The position numbers and the translations under genes were made by a program. The notes under the pieces are model-generated. The model was not told where the DNA came from and ran no database searches. It saw only the letters and a list, made by a program, of their open reading frames with translations. This document shows, piece after piece, positions 37,128 to 48,384 of a DNA stretch of 64,000 bases. This DNA is from Histomonas meleagridis 2922-C6/04-290x (lineage: Eukaryota; Protista; Parabasalia): positions 1 through 64,000 of the forward strand of contig JAANOX010000199.1 of assembly GCA_020184695.1 (NCBI GenBank). The letters run 5' to 3'. The stretch's first letter is position 1. Every line of letters starts with the position of its first letter.

Positions 37128-37487
37128 ATGGATGGAAATGACCAGGTTGAAATAGCACTTCTTACACTCATTCAACAACTGAGTGATGCCATGGACATTA
37201 TGGAAAATCTCGAAGAAGAAAATCGACCTGCTCTTGTTGCGACTGTTACTCAGATAGTTCAATCATTTCAAACTTTACATGAACTAGAACCAACAATAAC
37301 AGGCTCTGTTCCTATTGAGCTTATTGAACAGATTGATCTTGGAAATAATCCAGATGATTATTCAAGAAAAATGATAGAAGAATCAAAACAAAGAGCTCAA
37401 AGGGCTGAAGAGAAACAAAAATGGATACGAGCTTTCAAAGATAGCTTGGATAAGTCCATTAGTGCTTATTTTCCAAACGAGAACTGA
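37128..37487 (+). CDS. MED10: Mediator subunit Med10/Nut2
   Basis: VPIELIEQIDLGNNPDDYS..MIE and FKDSL..I..YFP match Med10; M3-like acggttt at 37,093-37,099. Confidence 0.8.
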   Translation: MDGNDQVEIALLTLIQQLSDAMDIMENLEEENRPALVATVTQIVQSFQTLHELEPTITGSVPIELIEQIDLGNNPDDYSRKMIEESKQRAQRAEEKQKWIRAFKDSLDKSISAYFPNEN

Positions 37488-37815
37488 ACATATTTAGAAT
37501 TATAAATTTATTATCTGCCGTTACTATTTGTTGACCTTGATTTGTAAACATGACTGATTTTTGGTATTTAATGATATTTTGTCAACGATTAATTAAATTT
37601 AGTTTTTCATATTTGATCTTCTTAAACCAATTAATATTTCACATTTGTTCGCTGGCAATTCTAAACATCATAGGATTTCCAGAATTTATGAGTTTAACAA
37701 GTTTCAAAAGATTTTTGAGAATTAATTTTCATTACCACTTAAATATTCTTATCAAAACATATTTCATTTAAATTGTATTTACATAAATACTAATATTTGT
37801 AAGATTTCAAAAATC

Positions 37816-38325
37816 TCAATAATCAAATTCGTTGACAACTATATTATAGAAGTCATCAATTTCAAAATCATATGGATCATCAACCTCATATGGATCATCA
37901 ACCTCATAAGGATCTGAATTTGTTGCTACACTTTCACATTTGATCATTGGGATTACAAATTTTTCATGGTGTTTGGAATTCTGAATTAATTTTTTCCTCG
38001 AAATACATGACCAACGATTACGAATACTGTATGCTGTTCTTCCTGGAAAAAAATTTTGGAGATATTTCCATTTTTGTCCTATTTCATGAACTTTAATTTT
38101 TAATAAATCATCTTCTGCTTTGGTCCATTTGCTTTTTTCTATGGTGCTAGAAAGATTGTTAACCCATCTTTCTCGGCATTGACGGACAGATCTATTTGGC
38201 ATTTCTTGTGAAATTATTTTCCAATTTGATGTTCCATATTTTTCAACAAGAAGTCGAAGCTTTACGTCCTCTTCTTTGCTAAAATGTCTTCTTTTCTTTT
38301 GTATTTCGATTTGGATTGCTTGCAT
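37816..38325 (-). CDS. R2R3 Myb transcription factor; start MQAIQ
   Basis: FSKEED..L..LV..YG..NW..I...MPNRSVRQCRERW and WTKAED; C-terminal DPYEVD tandem repeat. Confidence 0.92.
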   Translation of the reverse strand: MQAIQIEIQKKRRHFSKEEDVKLRLLVEKYGTSNWKIISQEMPNRSVRQCRERWVNNLSSTIEKSKWTKAEDDLLKIKVHEIGQKWKYLQNFFPGRTAYSIRNRWSCISRKKLIQNSKHHEKFVIPMIKCESVATNSDPYEVDDPYEVDDPYDFEIDDFYNIVVNEFDY

Positions 38326-39065
38326 TAAAAAAATGTGATTGTTCTTTTGAGCAGTAATTGAAACCCTCACAAACATTTGTCCGAACAATCCTTTGAATGA
38401 ATAACCGTAATTGATTGAAAGCAAAATTCAAAGGTGTTCCAAATTTCTTTGCCTGCAAACCGACGTAAATAATTCAAAATTGAATATCTGGAAAACAAAA
38501 CAACATTCAGATATTGTACAATTTGGGCATGATTCACAATTACTTGTTCACCTTTATGATTAATTTTATCTTATCAGAGTTTTTTCTGTTTAAAATATGA
38601 ATTTCATAAAATCACAAAAATTCAAAATATTTTATATTATAATTAATATATTTAATATTATCCTAGACTCATTTTAAATTATTTTATACAAATATAAATA
38701 AATGAATGTATATAAAAAATATTAATTATTTTGAACTTTTACCTTTTGTTCTCGATATCACAAATGCATGCAATGTCTGTTATATTTTCTCGTGCAAAAA
38801 TATAATTTATTTTAAAAAGATAAAAAATTCATAAATTGATTGTAACTCTTTTTCTTTTTGAAAAAATATCATTACAAAAAGACATTAATGCCCATAAGCC
38901 CATATTTATATGATGAAGATATTATATAAACTATGTGGCGTGCATCACAAGCCTAGGGACAAAAAGTTTTTGTTTGATAGCTTTTCAGGTTGGGTTTTGA
39001 ATTGAAATTTGAATGCAACGATCAAATTTCCATCATTTACCGTCTCAAGAGTTTGGGGAAATCCA

Positions 39066-40016
39066 ATGGGGAGCTACATCGAAATGGGATTCCAAGCGAT
39101 TTGCAGACCACCACGCACAACATATGAAGAAGACAAAATACCAAACACAATGTTAATTGAAGGATATGGTGAAATACGACGTCATCCTGTATCTTTCCCA
39201 AATTCACGTGGGCAAAAAATAATTGGATCATTTTATCCGCCAAACGAAATGCCAGAAAATCCATCCTGCGTGATATATCTTCATGGTAATGCGTCATCAC
39301 AGATTGAAGGAACATTTTTAATTCCTATACTTGTTCCTCTTGGAATTTCGGTTTTATGTTTCGATTTTTCAGGATGTGGCATGAGCGAAGGAAATTACAT
39401 CTCACTTGGACTTTTAGAAAAAGATGATGTTTCTGGAGCAATTGCACATTTGCTTGCAAAATACAGAATCAAAAGATTTGCACTTTATGGACGTTCGATG
39501 GGTGCTGCAACGTGTTTCTTTTCCATTGCAGATAATCCATTTATTGAATGTGCAGTTGCAGATTCACCGTTTGCATCTCTCCCACAATTAATATCAGAAA
39601 TTGTACAACAGTATCATGTACCTGGTTTCATGTCTTCCTTTTTAACATGGATTATCTCTGGGAAAACTAAAGAACTTGTCGGATTTGATGTTCGCGATTG
39701 TGTTCCAATCAAATATGCACCACAATGTCATGTACCCATTATGATTATTCATGGGCAAAAGGATGACTTCATCAATTGCTCGCATTCTCGAGATTTATAT
39801 GATCAATACGGATGTTCTCGGAAAGAAATTCGTATCGTTCATGGAAATCACAACTCAGAAAGGCCGATACAAACGGTTTTCGAGGCCGTCCAATTTATCA
39901 CTAACGTTCTCAACGTACCGTTTAATTTGCAAGCGGATCAAATTCATATTCAAATTGAATCGGCTTATAATCACTTTTCTAATGTACAGGAAATGATTGA
40001 TAATTATGAACAATAA
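39066..40016 (+). CDS. Alpha/beta hydrolase (serine peptidase S9/ABHD-like); start MGSYIE
   Basis: YLHGNAS, GRSMG nucleophile elbow, HGQKDD (Asp) and GNHNS (His). Confidence 0.9.
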   Translation: MGSYIEMGFQAICRPPRTTYEEDKIPNTMLIEGYGEIRRHPVSFPNSRGQKIIGSFYPPNEMPENPSCVIYLHGNASSQIEGTFLIPILVPLGISVLCFDFSGCGMSEGNYISLGLLEKDDVSGAIAHLLAKYRIKRFALYGRSMGAATCFFSIADNPFIECAVADSPFASLPQLISEIVQQYHVPGFMSSFLTWIISGKTKELVGFDVRDCVPIKYAPQCHVPIMIIHGQKDDFINCSHSRDLYDQYGCSRKEIRIVHGNHNSERPIQTVFEAVQFITNVLNVPFNLQADQIHIQIESAYNHFSNVQEMIDNYEQ

Positions 40017-40020
40017 ATCT

Positions 40021-40938
40021 TTATGCAGATAGAAGTATTTTTTTCAAATCTATGAGCGTTTGTTCCGGAAGATGATCAAGAGAAATTGTTTGTTCTTCTC
40101 GGATCTTCTTTGGATCAAGATTCTTAAGAGAGACTTTAAGTATATCCCAAGCTGCTTTAAGATCACTTGGAGGAGTGTTAGAAAGTTTCTCAGACATAAG
40201 CTTGAGTTGTACTCTGTTTGGTGGGGTTTCTGGTATTTTCTGTTTGGGCTCTTCTTTTGGAGGCTGAATTTTGGCGGTTTTGATCTTTTTGAGATGGGGG
40301 ATCTCGGGGCGGTTGCGAAGTTCCTCCATGTTTAGCAGAGGAGAAATTGTTTTGTCAAGATCAGAGAGAATTGTGTCCAGTCTTTGAAGATCTTGGACTG
40401 CATCTGACTTAACAGGAGGAATGGAATCATACCAAATTTGATTTACAATCTTCTGTATTTCTTGTGCAAGAATAGTACAAGAATTTCCAGGACCATTAAA
40501 GTTGATGCAGTTTTCCCATATTAAATCAAGCTCAGATTTAAATTGAGAAACAGAAGTAACAAGTCCTGTATAAAGACGATTTTGAAGTGTGGTAAGATCC
40601 ATGGGATTTTTTATTACATCATAATATCCTTTAATTCCTTCTTTCTCAGCATTGACAGGTTTTTTAAACAAGCTTAAATCTTTGCATTTGAGAAGATCTT
40701 GAAGAAGTTTATCACAATATTGAAGGGTAAGAACACCCTTAGTGAGCTCGATGTGGATTGTGTGATTTGTAGATGAATGGAAAGAACAACGAATCTGTGT
40801 TGAATTTGGTTCTTGAATATATGCTGAAGCTTGGGGATTATCATATTTAAATATAATTTTGGGGTGTGGATCTAATGAAGAAAAAATAAATTGAAGTTCA
40901 TTTTTTATTTCTTCAGCTTTGATTCCGCCCTCTTCCAT
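40021..40938 (-). CDS. Bromodomain protein
   Basis: FKKPV....GIKGYYDVIKNPMDLTT...LIWENCINFN; converges on the hydrolase with a 4-bp gap. Confidence 0.9.
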   Translation of the reverse strand: MEEGGIKAEEIKNELQFIFSSLDPHPKIIFKYDNPQASAYIQEPNSTQIRCSFHSSTNHTIHIELTKGVLTLQYCDKLLQDLLKCKDLSLFKKPVNAEKEGIKGYYDVIKNPMDLTTLQNRLYTGLVTSVSQFKSELDLIWENCINFNGPGNSCTILAQEIQKIVNQIWYDSIPPVKSDAVQDLQRLDTILSDLDKTISPLLNMEELRNRPEIPHLKKIKTAKIQPPKEEPKQKIPETPPNRVQLKLMSEKLSNTPPSDLKAAWDILKVSLKNLDPKKIREEQTISLDHLPEQTLIDLKKILLSA

Positions 40939-41100
40939 CTGTTTTTTGAAATTCTATTATCATACATTCCCCTTTATTTGGCCACATCACCTTTATAACG
41001 GCTAAAAAATATAACTTCACAGGTTTGAATCAATCAAAAATGTATTAAATCATAAAACAAATTATTATAATTGATATCAATGTACATATGTTTACAAAAT

Positions 41101-41589
41101 TTAAAAGTCAAATGGTCCAACCAAAATATTGGATTCGCCCACGTCAAATTCAAAGGCATTATCGATCTCAAATGGGAATGAATCGCATGGTGAGTCGTCG
41201 TGGGTTATCATTGGAACAACAAATCTTTCATGCTGCCCAAGGTTTTGAACTTTATTTTTTCTTAAAAGGCATGACCAACGATTTCTTATATCATATGGTG
41301 TTCTTCCTGGGAAGAAGCGTTGAAAGTACTTCCATTTTGGGCCAATTTCATGTACTTTAATTCTTAATAATTCTTCTTCCTCTTTGGTCCATTTGCTTTT
41401 TTCAATATCATTTGAAAGGTTATTAACCCAGCGTTCTCGGCATTGACGAACAGATCTATTTGGCATTTCTTGTGAAATTATTTTCCAATTTGAAGTTCCA
41501 TATTTTTCAACAAGAAGTCGAAGTTTTTCGTCTTCTTCTTTGCTAAAGTGCCTTCTTTTCTTCTGTATTTCGCTTTGGGCTGTCTGCAT
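41101..41589 (-). CDS. R2R3 Myb transcription factor, close paralog of 37,816-38,325
   Basis: Nearly identical Myb repeats. Confidence 0.92.
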   Translation of the reverse strand: MQTAQSEIQKKRRHFSKEEDEKLRLLVEKYGTSNWKIISQEMPNRSVRQCRERWVNNLSNDIEKSKWTKEEEELLRIKVHEIGPKWKYFQRFFPGRTPYDIRNRWSCLLRKNKVQNLGQHERFVVPMITHDDSPCDSFPFEIDNAFEFDVGESNILVGPFDF

Positions 41590-42152
41590 GAAAAAATGTG
41601 ATTTTCATTTTAAGTACCAATTGAAATCCTCATAAACATTTGCTCGGACAATTCTTTGAATGGATAACCGAAATGAATTGAATGAGTGTTCAATTTCGTT
41701 ATCAAAATCCACTTTTTGAACAGTTTTTTCCTTAAATTCCTTCAGAAAAAAATTCCATTTTTGAAATTAGTTCATTCAAACAGTTGTTCAGAAATATTTC
41801 AGAATATCGATCAAATTAAACTGAAATCATTAAATCCGCCTCAAACATTTTTTTTGTGCACCATTGAAAAACTCGAAAGTTCGATCAAAATCAGTACAAA
41901 TGTTAACATCATTTGTCACTTTTTGTCTCGACTTATAGCTATAATGAAATATGTTTTCGTTAAACATGATTCAGACAATGTAATAATACAAATATTTTCA
42001 AAGAAATCAAACTATAGATTTTGGCGCATTAGTAAAGGATTTCATTTTGTTAATGTTTGAAACGACGATGTTAAATGGAATAATCACTTATTTAAAAAAA
42101 TAATTTATTTAAATGAAAGAAAAATGTTATTTTAGACAAATCTTTAATAATA

Positions 42153-44504
42153 TTATTTTTTGTATTTAACAACTTCTTTTAACAACATCTTTGTGATTTG
42201 ATCCGAAATCTTAAACACATCAGCCAGCAAATCCCATTTATCAGGTATCTTAAATTCGATGCCCTGCAAAATGTTATTATTCCCAAAATTATCATTTTCT
42301 TCATCAATAACGATTGTTGAATTCTTTAACCCTTCAATAAATGTATCTGTGTCATCGATCTCTGTTTCAATTTTTTCGTACTTCGCAATGAGTTTTTCGA
42401 ATGGATCTTTCATTTCTATTTCTTCATTTTCGTCGATTTTCAATAAATTTTCTGTTTCTGTTTCAATATTTTCTTCAATTTTTAATGAATTTATTTTTTC
42501 TTCTTTGTTTTCTTCAACTTTAGATAAATTTTCTGTTTCTGTCTGTTTGTTTTCTTCGTCTTGTAACAAATTTTCTGTTTTAATTTCTTTTTCTTCAATC
42601 TGTTGTGGATTTTCTGTATCTATTTTTTCTATTTCTTCGAAATTTTTTAGTTTTTCGATTTTCTCTGTTTGACTTTGTTCGCTTTCGTCACTTTCGCTTG
42701 ATGATTCATCAGAGAACTCGAGACTTGTTGCTACGAATTGATATTTCTTTGAACTACTTAGAACTTCAGAATCAATAAAATCTTTTTTGGAATCTGATTG
42801 ATTTAATTCGATGATATCAATGTCATCACTTACATCAGACGCGCATACAACAGCGCTATCGGAACTAATTATCATTTCTTCCTGGTTAACTTCAATTGAT
42901 GAAATTTCATTAATATCATCGAATGAAAGAGATAAATTGATGTTAATGACTTCTTCTTCTTCTTTTGTATTATTTGTTTCAATAATAAATTCGCCTTCTC
43001 CAATAAGAGTTTCGCCATCTTTAATGTTTTTATCTATTTTAAGGATTATTTCATTATTTTGTTCATCTTTTTCGTTATCAGATTCATCTTTGCTATTTAC
43101 AGTTTTATCTTTATCTATTTTAAGAATTATTTTATTGTTTTGTTCATTTTCATCTTTATCACTAATTGATGAATTGTTTTCATCTTCGTCATCAATTTTA
43201 ATAAAATCATTGTCAGAAGAAATCGCTTTGTTGCTTTCACTATTAAATTCGAATATTTCGCCTTCTTCACTATTTGTCGCACTTTGTTTGTCTTTTTCTA
43301 TGGCTGTTTCACTTGTTTTGTCGATTTCTTCATCGCTACTTTTGTTTATAACAACTTCTTCTTTTGAGCTGCTTGTTTCAATAAAATCATCTTTGTCAAT
43401 GATAACATCACCGCTTTCATCTGTTTTAATATTTGTTTCATTTTCACTATCAAATTTAATTAAATCTTCTTTATCGCTAATGTTATCACCACTTTCTTCT
43501 GTTTTAATATTTGTCTCATTTTCACTATTAAATTTAATTAAATCTTCTTTATCGCTGATGTTATTATTTTTTTCGTCTGTTTTGTTTTCATCATCAAATT
43601 TAATTAAATCTTCTTTGTCACCTGTTTCAACATTAATTTTATTATCGGATTGAACAATATTTTCCTTTTCGCTAAGATATTTTTCTGCACTTTTGTCGAT
43701 TTCATTATTTTCACTACTGAACTCAAAAATATCATCTTTTATACTACTTGTTTCGCTGTGTTTATCTTTATCATTATTTATTTGTTCGATTTCATATTTT
43801 TCGTTACTAACTTCATCCAAATTATAACTACTGGATTCATCTTTACTTTCTATAATTTGTTTCTCTGTTTTGATTTCTTCTTTGTTATTTGTTTGTTTAA
43901 TGCTTTCTTTTGAACTTGAAGATGAAATGGAAATATCTGAATTATCAATAGTTGGATTCTCGATGCTTGAATCAGCTGTAGTATCTCTTTTTTGCGTGCT
44001 TATATTTATTGGTTTGATAATTTGAGCTTTTTCAAAATTATCATCTACTTTGGGTTTGTTTATAATTTCGGAAGTAAAACTACCTGAAGATGATGTGTGG
44101 CTTGCAATACTATTTGAATTTTCTTTTTCTTTAGTGTATTCTGTATTTTGAGAATTTGAATTTTCATCGAAACTTGGATTACTAATTATTTCTGAAATGC
44201 GGTGAAAAGCAGAAAAAATAGTGCGTTCCCGCCGTGGTGATGCATGAAAGATTCCTGAATGTAAAATAAATTTAGAATTTTGGGTTTCTTTTATAGGATT
44301 ATTTTCTTTAGTTTCACTTATTTTTTTGGGTTTAGTTGGAGGCAAATCTGATCTATGACTTGAAATTGATGACATTACTTCATTAAAACGAGATTGAAGA
44401 GAAGACTTCAACATTTCTGTTTTTGTATTTTGCATTGCTAAGAAATTTCTATCATGAACACCGCGAATTGCTGATGAATAATTGTTTGGTGTTGCTCTTG
44501 ACAT
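42153..44504 (-). CDS. Large acidic low-complexity (probably disordered) protein
   Basis: 783-aa D/E/S/N/K-rich ORF with internal DKEDLIKF(D/N)SEN repeats (~43,400-43,625) and NE(I)ILKIDK repeats. Confidence 0.8.
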   Translation of the reverse strand: MSRATPNNYSSAIRGVHDRNFLAMQNTKTEMLKSSLQSRFNEVMSSISSHRSDLPPTKPKKISETKENNPIKETQNSKFILHSGIFHASPRRERTIFSAFHRISEIISNPSFDENSNSQNTEYTKEKENSNSIASHTSSSGSFTSEIINKPKVDDNFEKAQIIKPINISTQKRDTTADSSIENPTIDNSDISISSSSSKESIKQTNNKEEIKTEKQIIESKDESSSYNLDEVSNEKYEIEQINNDKDKHSETSSIKDDIFEFSSENNEIDKSAEKYLSEKENIVQSDNKINVETGDKEDLIKFDDENKTDEKNNNISDKEDLIKFNSENETNIKTEESGDNISDKEDLIKFDSENETNIKTDESGDVIIDKDDFIETSSSKEEVVINKSSDEEIDKTSETAIEKDKQSATNSEEGEIFEFNSESNKAISSDNDFIKIDDEDENNSSISDKDENEQNNKIILKIDKDKTVNSKDESDNEKDEQNNEIILKIDKNIKDGETLIGEGEFIIETNNTKEEEEVININLSLSFDDINEISSIEVNQEEMIISSDSAVVCASDVSDDIDIIELNQSDSKKDFIDSEVLSSSKKYQFVATSLEFSDESSSESDESEQSQTEKIEKLKNFEEIEKIDTENPQQIEEKEIKTENLLQDEENKQTETENLSKVEENKEEKINSLKIEENIETETENLLKIDENEEIEMKDPFEKLIAKYEKIETEIDDTDTFIEGLKNSTIVIDEENDNFGNNNILQGIEFKIPDKWDLLADVFKISDQITKMLLKEVVKYKK

Positions 44505-44954
44505 CAGCTCTTAACGGAAAATCCGTTAACAAAGCGCGGTGCACAAAAGGAATACGTTAACATGTGATCGAAAAAATCCATAACTCAAAAATGATCGACG
44601 AAAGAATCAGCATGAACAATTTATATTTAAATAAAAATATGCGATTATCAATATAATGTTATTTATTTCAAATTCAATAGAATTAATTTTTTTATTGAAG
44701 AAAAGTATTTACACTGATTGCTTATTTTCTTATTCAGGTAATTCTTTTGTTCGGGTAATTGCATTTCTCTGAGTGCCACAGATATTTCTGTATCAACAAC
44801 ATCCAAATTCGTCCCTCATGCCGTATATTCAATATAATCCTTCAACGTTATGAACGTTAATTGAATCGTTTTTTGAGAAATTCGAACGTTGAAAAACGGT
44901 TTTGTAAATGTACTCATCTTGTTGTTTTTAGGGTTTTAATATTTTTTTGTCATT

Positions 44955-46067
44955 ATGGAAATGCAAAACAAGTTTACATCTGAAGAAGAATGGTTTGAAA
45001 GAATATTTGGGTTCAAGGAAGTCCCTCAGGAAGTTCCCTCTCAAATTGAATGCATCGAAGAAAAAGATGGAGCAATTTTACGATCCAAAGTAAACAACAA
45101 GTCATTTAAAGCTGGGAACTTCCAAGTTCGTAATGTTTCTTCTTTTAACTACCTAGTTTTCAAACCACGTAAAAAAGGAAAATTTAACATTATCAAAGGA
45201 AATGGCTTTACGTCAAAATACTATGAGCTAATTGATGTTTTAGAGAACGAAGGCTTACCTGAGAATGACGGTGCCACTTATCTTGCCGCCTCCCATTTTA
45301 ATTGTAAACATACAATTCCAGGTAATAAAGTTACCAACTACGCTCTCATCAAAACGCAAGGGCCATATTGTTCTCTAGGCTCAGGCCCAGCTATTGTTTA
45401 TTTCAATTATTTTTATAAACATCCAACTGGTAAAGAAGGCCAATTCACCGATGAAGTTGAACTTTTATCTGCCACGCCAATTACTGTCAAACATGGACTT
45501 CCGCAAATTCACGAAGCTGATTCTGAGTCATTAGAGAAATTGAATTTTGATTGGCAAAATCCTGATAACTATCCAATTGGTGTTCACCGTAATTGCCAAC
45601 TCACAATGTCACGTAACAGCGAAGGGTTTTATCTCATTAACGATTCTGATGATCGCATAGTTCATCTTGTATTTGCATCAGCATTTGACTTTTACAGATT
45701 AGTCACATACAACGACTTCACACGAATGATCTCCGAGAATATGCTCGCAGCGGAATATAGAGGTGCGATTCTTGCTGCATGGGAAAATTCATTATTGTTT
45801 CCTGGTAGAAAAGGATCGAACAAATTGTACTTGACTCTTTTGGGCTGTGGATCACTTTCAAATCCACCTGATCTTATTGCTGGCGCAATTGAGAAAAATA
45901 TTGATTTGATAATTGAATCAGGTTTGGACGTTTACTTGGTTTGTTTTACCAAGGAATCGTTCAAAAGTATAAAGAAAATCATCAAGAAATACGTGAGGAA
46001 AACAGGTGGGAAAGTGATTTCAGCTGACTCAAAAGGAAAAAAAAGAAAACCCCGAGTTGATAAATAA
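44955..46067 (+). CDS. Macro/PARG-like domain protein of a family I recall from bacteria and giant viruses
   Basis: WFERIFGFKE, LAASHFN, TQGPYCS...IVYFNYF, YRGAILAA and LYLTLLGCGSLSN. M3 and Inr-like motifs at 44,896-44,919. Family assignment is from memory of motifs. Confidence 0.6.
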   Translation: MEMQNKFTSEEEWFERIFGFKEVPQEVPSQIECIEEKDGAILRSKVNNKSFKAGNFQVRNVSSFNYLVFKPRKKGKFNIIKGNGFTSKYYELIDVLENEGLPENDGATYLAASHFNCKHTIPGNKVTNYALIKTQGPYCSLGSGPAIVYFNYFYKHPTGKEGQFTDEVELLSATPITVKHGLPQIHEADSESLEKLNFDWQNPDNYPIGVHRNCQLTMSRNSEGFYLINDSDDRIVHLVFASAFDFYRLVTYNDFTRMISENMLAAEYRGAILAAWENSLLFPGRKGSNKLYLTLLGCGSLSNPPDLIAGAIEKNIDLIIESGLDVYLVCFTKESFKSIKKIIKKYVRKTGGKVISADSKGKKRKPRVDK

Positions 46068-46668
46068 ATCTTGAGTAATGTTTGAGGCCAGAATAATGTT
46101 TTGTTTTCGGGAACAGTATCAAAGTTTGATACCATACAAGCATTTTAAATGATGTAAATACTTTCAATTGAATGCTGATCAAGAAAATTAAGGAAAAAAT
46201 TCTTGAGGAGGTCGCGAACAAAGAGTTGATTTGGAAGATGATGAAAGTGATGTGATTTCAGATTCAATCAAAGCATCCTTCAATATAGTTAGGGATTAAA
46301 GTGTCAGAAAATTTTGAAATAAATATAAATATCTCATTTATTTATTAATTTTAATTGTTTATATTTAAAAAAATTATTTTAAATTATTCTTTGAAAAATA
46401 AATATATATTTAAACTGTTATATCTCATGTATAAACATTAAAAAGTGCAATTTAATTTGGGATAAATGCACTTTTTCCCACACCAAATATTTTTTTGATA
46501 AAAAATAACATTGTTATAATTATTCATATAAAAGATTATGAAGATGAAATTATTTTAATAGGTTATGATATCCATTAAAAATAATATATAATTTCTATAG
46601 AATAAACAATTTTATTTCATAATTTCACATCTAGTTAAAATAATTTCTACAAAAACAATACCTATATA

Positions 46669-47019
46669 TTATTCATAAAACATCATATATAAAATATTTA
46701 TGGATAACATATCTGTGTATAGGGACAAATTAAACTTCTCTTTGATAAAAGATAATATCTGCCTTTGGGTCATTGAATGTCCCTCATTGAATGCTTCGAT
46801 AATAATTTGATCAATTATTTCTTCTATATCTTCATCAAAAGCTCTGTGCCGACCTAAAGATTTTGGATCTTGTGCGCCCTTTAAGATACTTCTAGATACC
46901 GTTTTATGGCACATATTGAAGACGAATGCTAGCTGATTATAAGTGAAAGTAACATTATCGAATTCAGATGCATATTTGTGGAGAAAACAAAGTTGGTGAT
47001 TTTTATTTTCTAAATTCAT
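46669..47019 (-). mobile_element. Truncated pogo/Tc1-mariner-type transposase, N-terminal HTH (CENP-B-like) fragment
   Basis: LAFVFNMCHKTVSRSI (HTH), then GRHRAFDEDIEE..I...G.SMTQRQI...IKEKF. The ORF stops before any DDE domain; no TIRs identified. Confidence 0.55.
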
Positions 47020-47524
47020 GGAATCAGGATCCCGTTATTAATAACGACCTAGTAAATCTTTGTGAAATATCAATGATATCTAATTTTTGTTTGATTTCCT
47101 CTACTGGCATTGATGGAGTTAATATTGACATTGAGAAAAATGAAGTTTTGTAAAAATATTTTATGTCAATGATTCTATTATATGTTAGATAAAGTGCTGA
47201 TTAGTAAATGTAAATTAACGTTTTAATGAAAATTTAAATAAGAATGTGTGTTTGAAGAAATGAAAATTATGTTCATAGAAATAAATTGAAAAGATGACAA
47301 GTTCCAAAATAGATTTCTTCAAGCATTGCAACAATCGACAATTCATATGAATTTCATATGTTAAATTGATCGAATTTGATTGATAAATATCTTTAATTAA
47401 GGAAATATGATATTTAGTAGGTATATGAGCGAAATTAATAACATAATAATTTTTTATCAAATAAGATTTGATGATTTGGGAAGACGATACATATTAACGT
47501 TTTCTCGAAGCAACCGCCAGACAA

Positions 47525-48181
47525 ATGGGCGAAAACCCAGGAGGAAGACACGGAGCAGGTGAATATAATGCCCAACTTGATAGAATTCAACGTGTAAATA
47601 GGATAACTGAGCTTAAACTACAAGAAAAAGATCTTACTGATGATCAAAATCTCTTTCGAAACCAATATGGTCTTTTAGAGTGCAAACTCTGTTGTACTCA
47701 TCACCGAACAGAAGCAAGTTATATTGCACATACGTATGGTAAGCAGCACCAAAGAAATCTTGAAAGAAGGCGTGTTGTTCTTGCACGTAAAGAAGCAATG
47801 AATGGTGGCTGTAGGATTGGGCCACAACCACAACCTGCACCAATGGTTCATAAACAACCAAAAATTGGCGACCCAGCATTTAATATTTTCAAAAATAAAA
47901 ATCCAACAGGAAGTCTCACAATACTCTTTGAACTCACGTATGATCAGATACGCAAAAATACATCGCCTCGGTACCGAATAATGTCAGCTTTTGAACAACG
48001 AGTTGATTCACCAGATCCAAATTATCAATATGTTGTCTTTGCAGCACAACCTTACAATACAGTTGCATTTAAGATCCCAAATCTTCCAATTTTAGAGGAT
48101 CAAATCATCCATGACTGGAAACCATCAGAACACATTTACACATTTCAAGTTACTGTTTCGCCGCCGCCAACACAAAATTAA
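47525..48181 (+). CDS. SF3A2: U2 snRNP splicing factor SF3a subunit 2 (SAP62/Prp11)
   Basis: FRNQYGLLECKLCCTHHRTEASYIAHTYGKQHQRNL zinc finger and PRYRIMSAFEQRVD..D..YQYVVFAAQPYNTVAFKIP. Confidence 0.93.
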   Translation: MGENPGGRHGAGEYNAQLDRIQRVNRITELKLQEKDLTDDQNLFRNQYGLLECKLCCTHHRTEASYIAHTYGKQHQRNLERRRVVLARKEAMNGGCRIGPQPQPAPMVHKQPKIGDPAFNIFKNKNPTGSLTILFELTYDQIRKNTSPRYRIMSAFEQRVDSPDPNYQYVVFAAQPYNTVAFKIPNLPILEDQIIHDWKPSEHIYTFQVTVSPPPTQN

Positions 48182-48384
48182 ATATAAATTGTTCGATTAT
48201 AAAATTTGATTTTTTTTTATTTCATTACAAAAAATATTAAAGAAGATATCTTTCGAACGCACATTAAAACATAAAAGAGAGTTTTATATATATTGGAAAA
48301 AGATACATGAAAGTTATAAATAATAATATATTTTCAGATACAAATTAAATTTTAATGAAAATAACAAAAATACATTTACATGTT

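Noticed and set aside
35196-43913. Long antisense ORFs (35,196-35,672; 42,259-42,672; 42,811-43,653; 43,650-43,913)
   Set aside because: They are shadows of Rpn6 and the acidic low-complexity gene, with S/F/L-rich composition typical of reverse frames.
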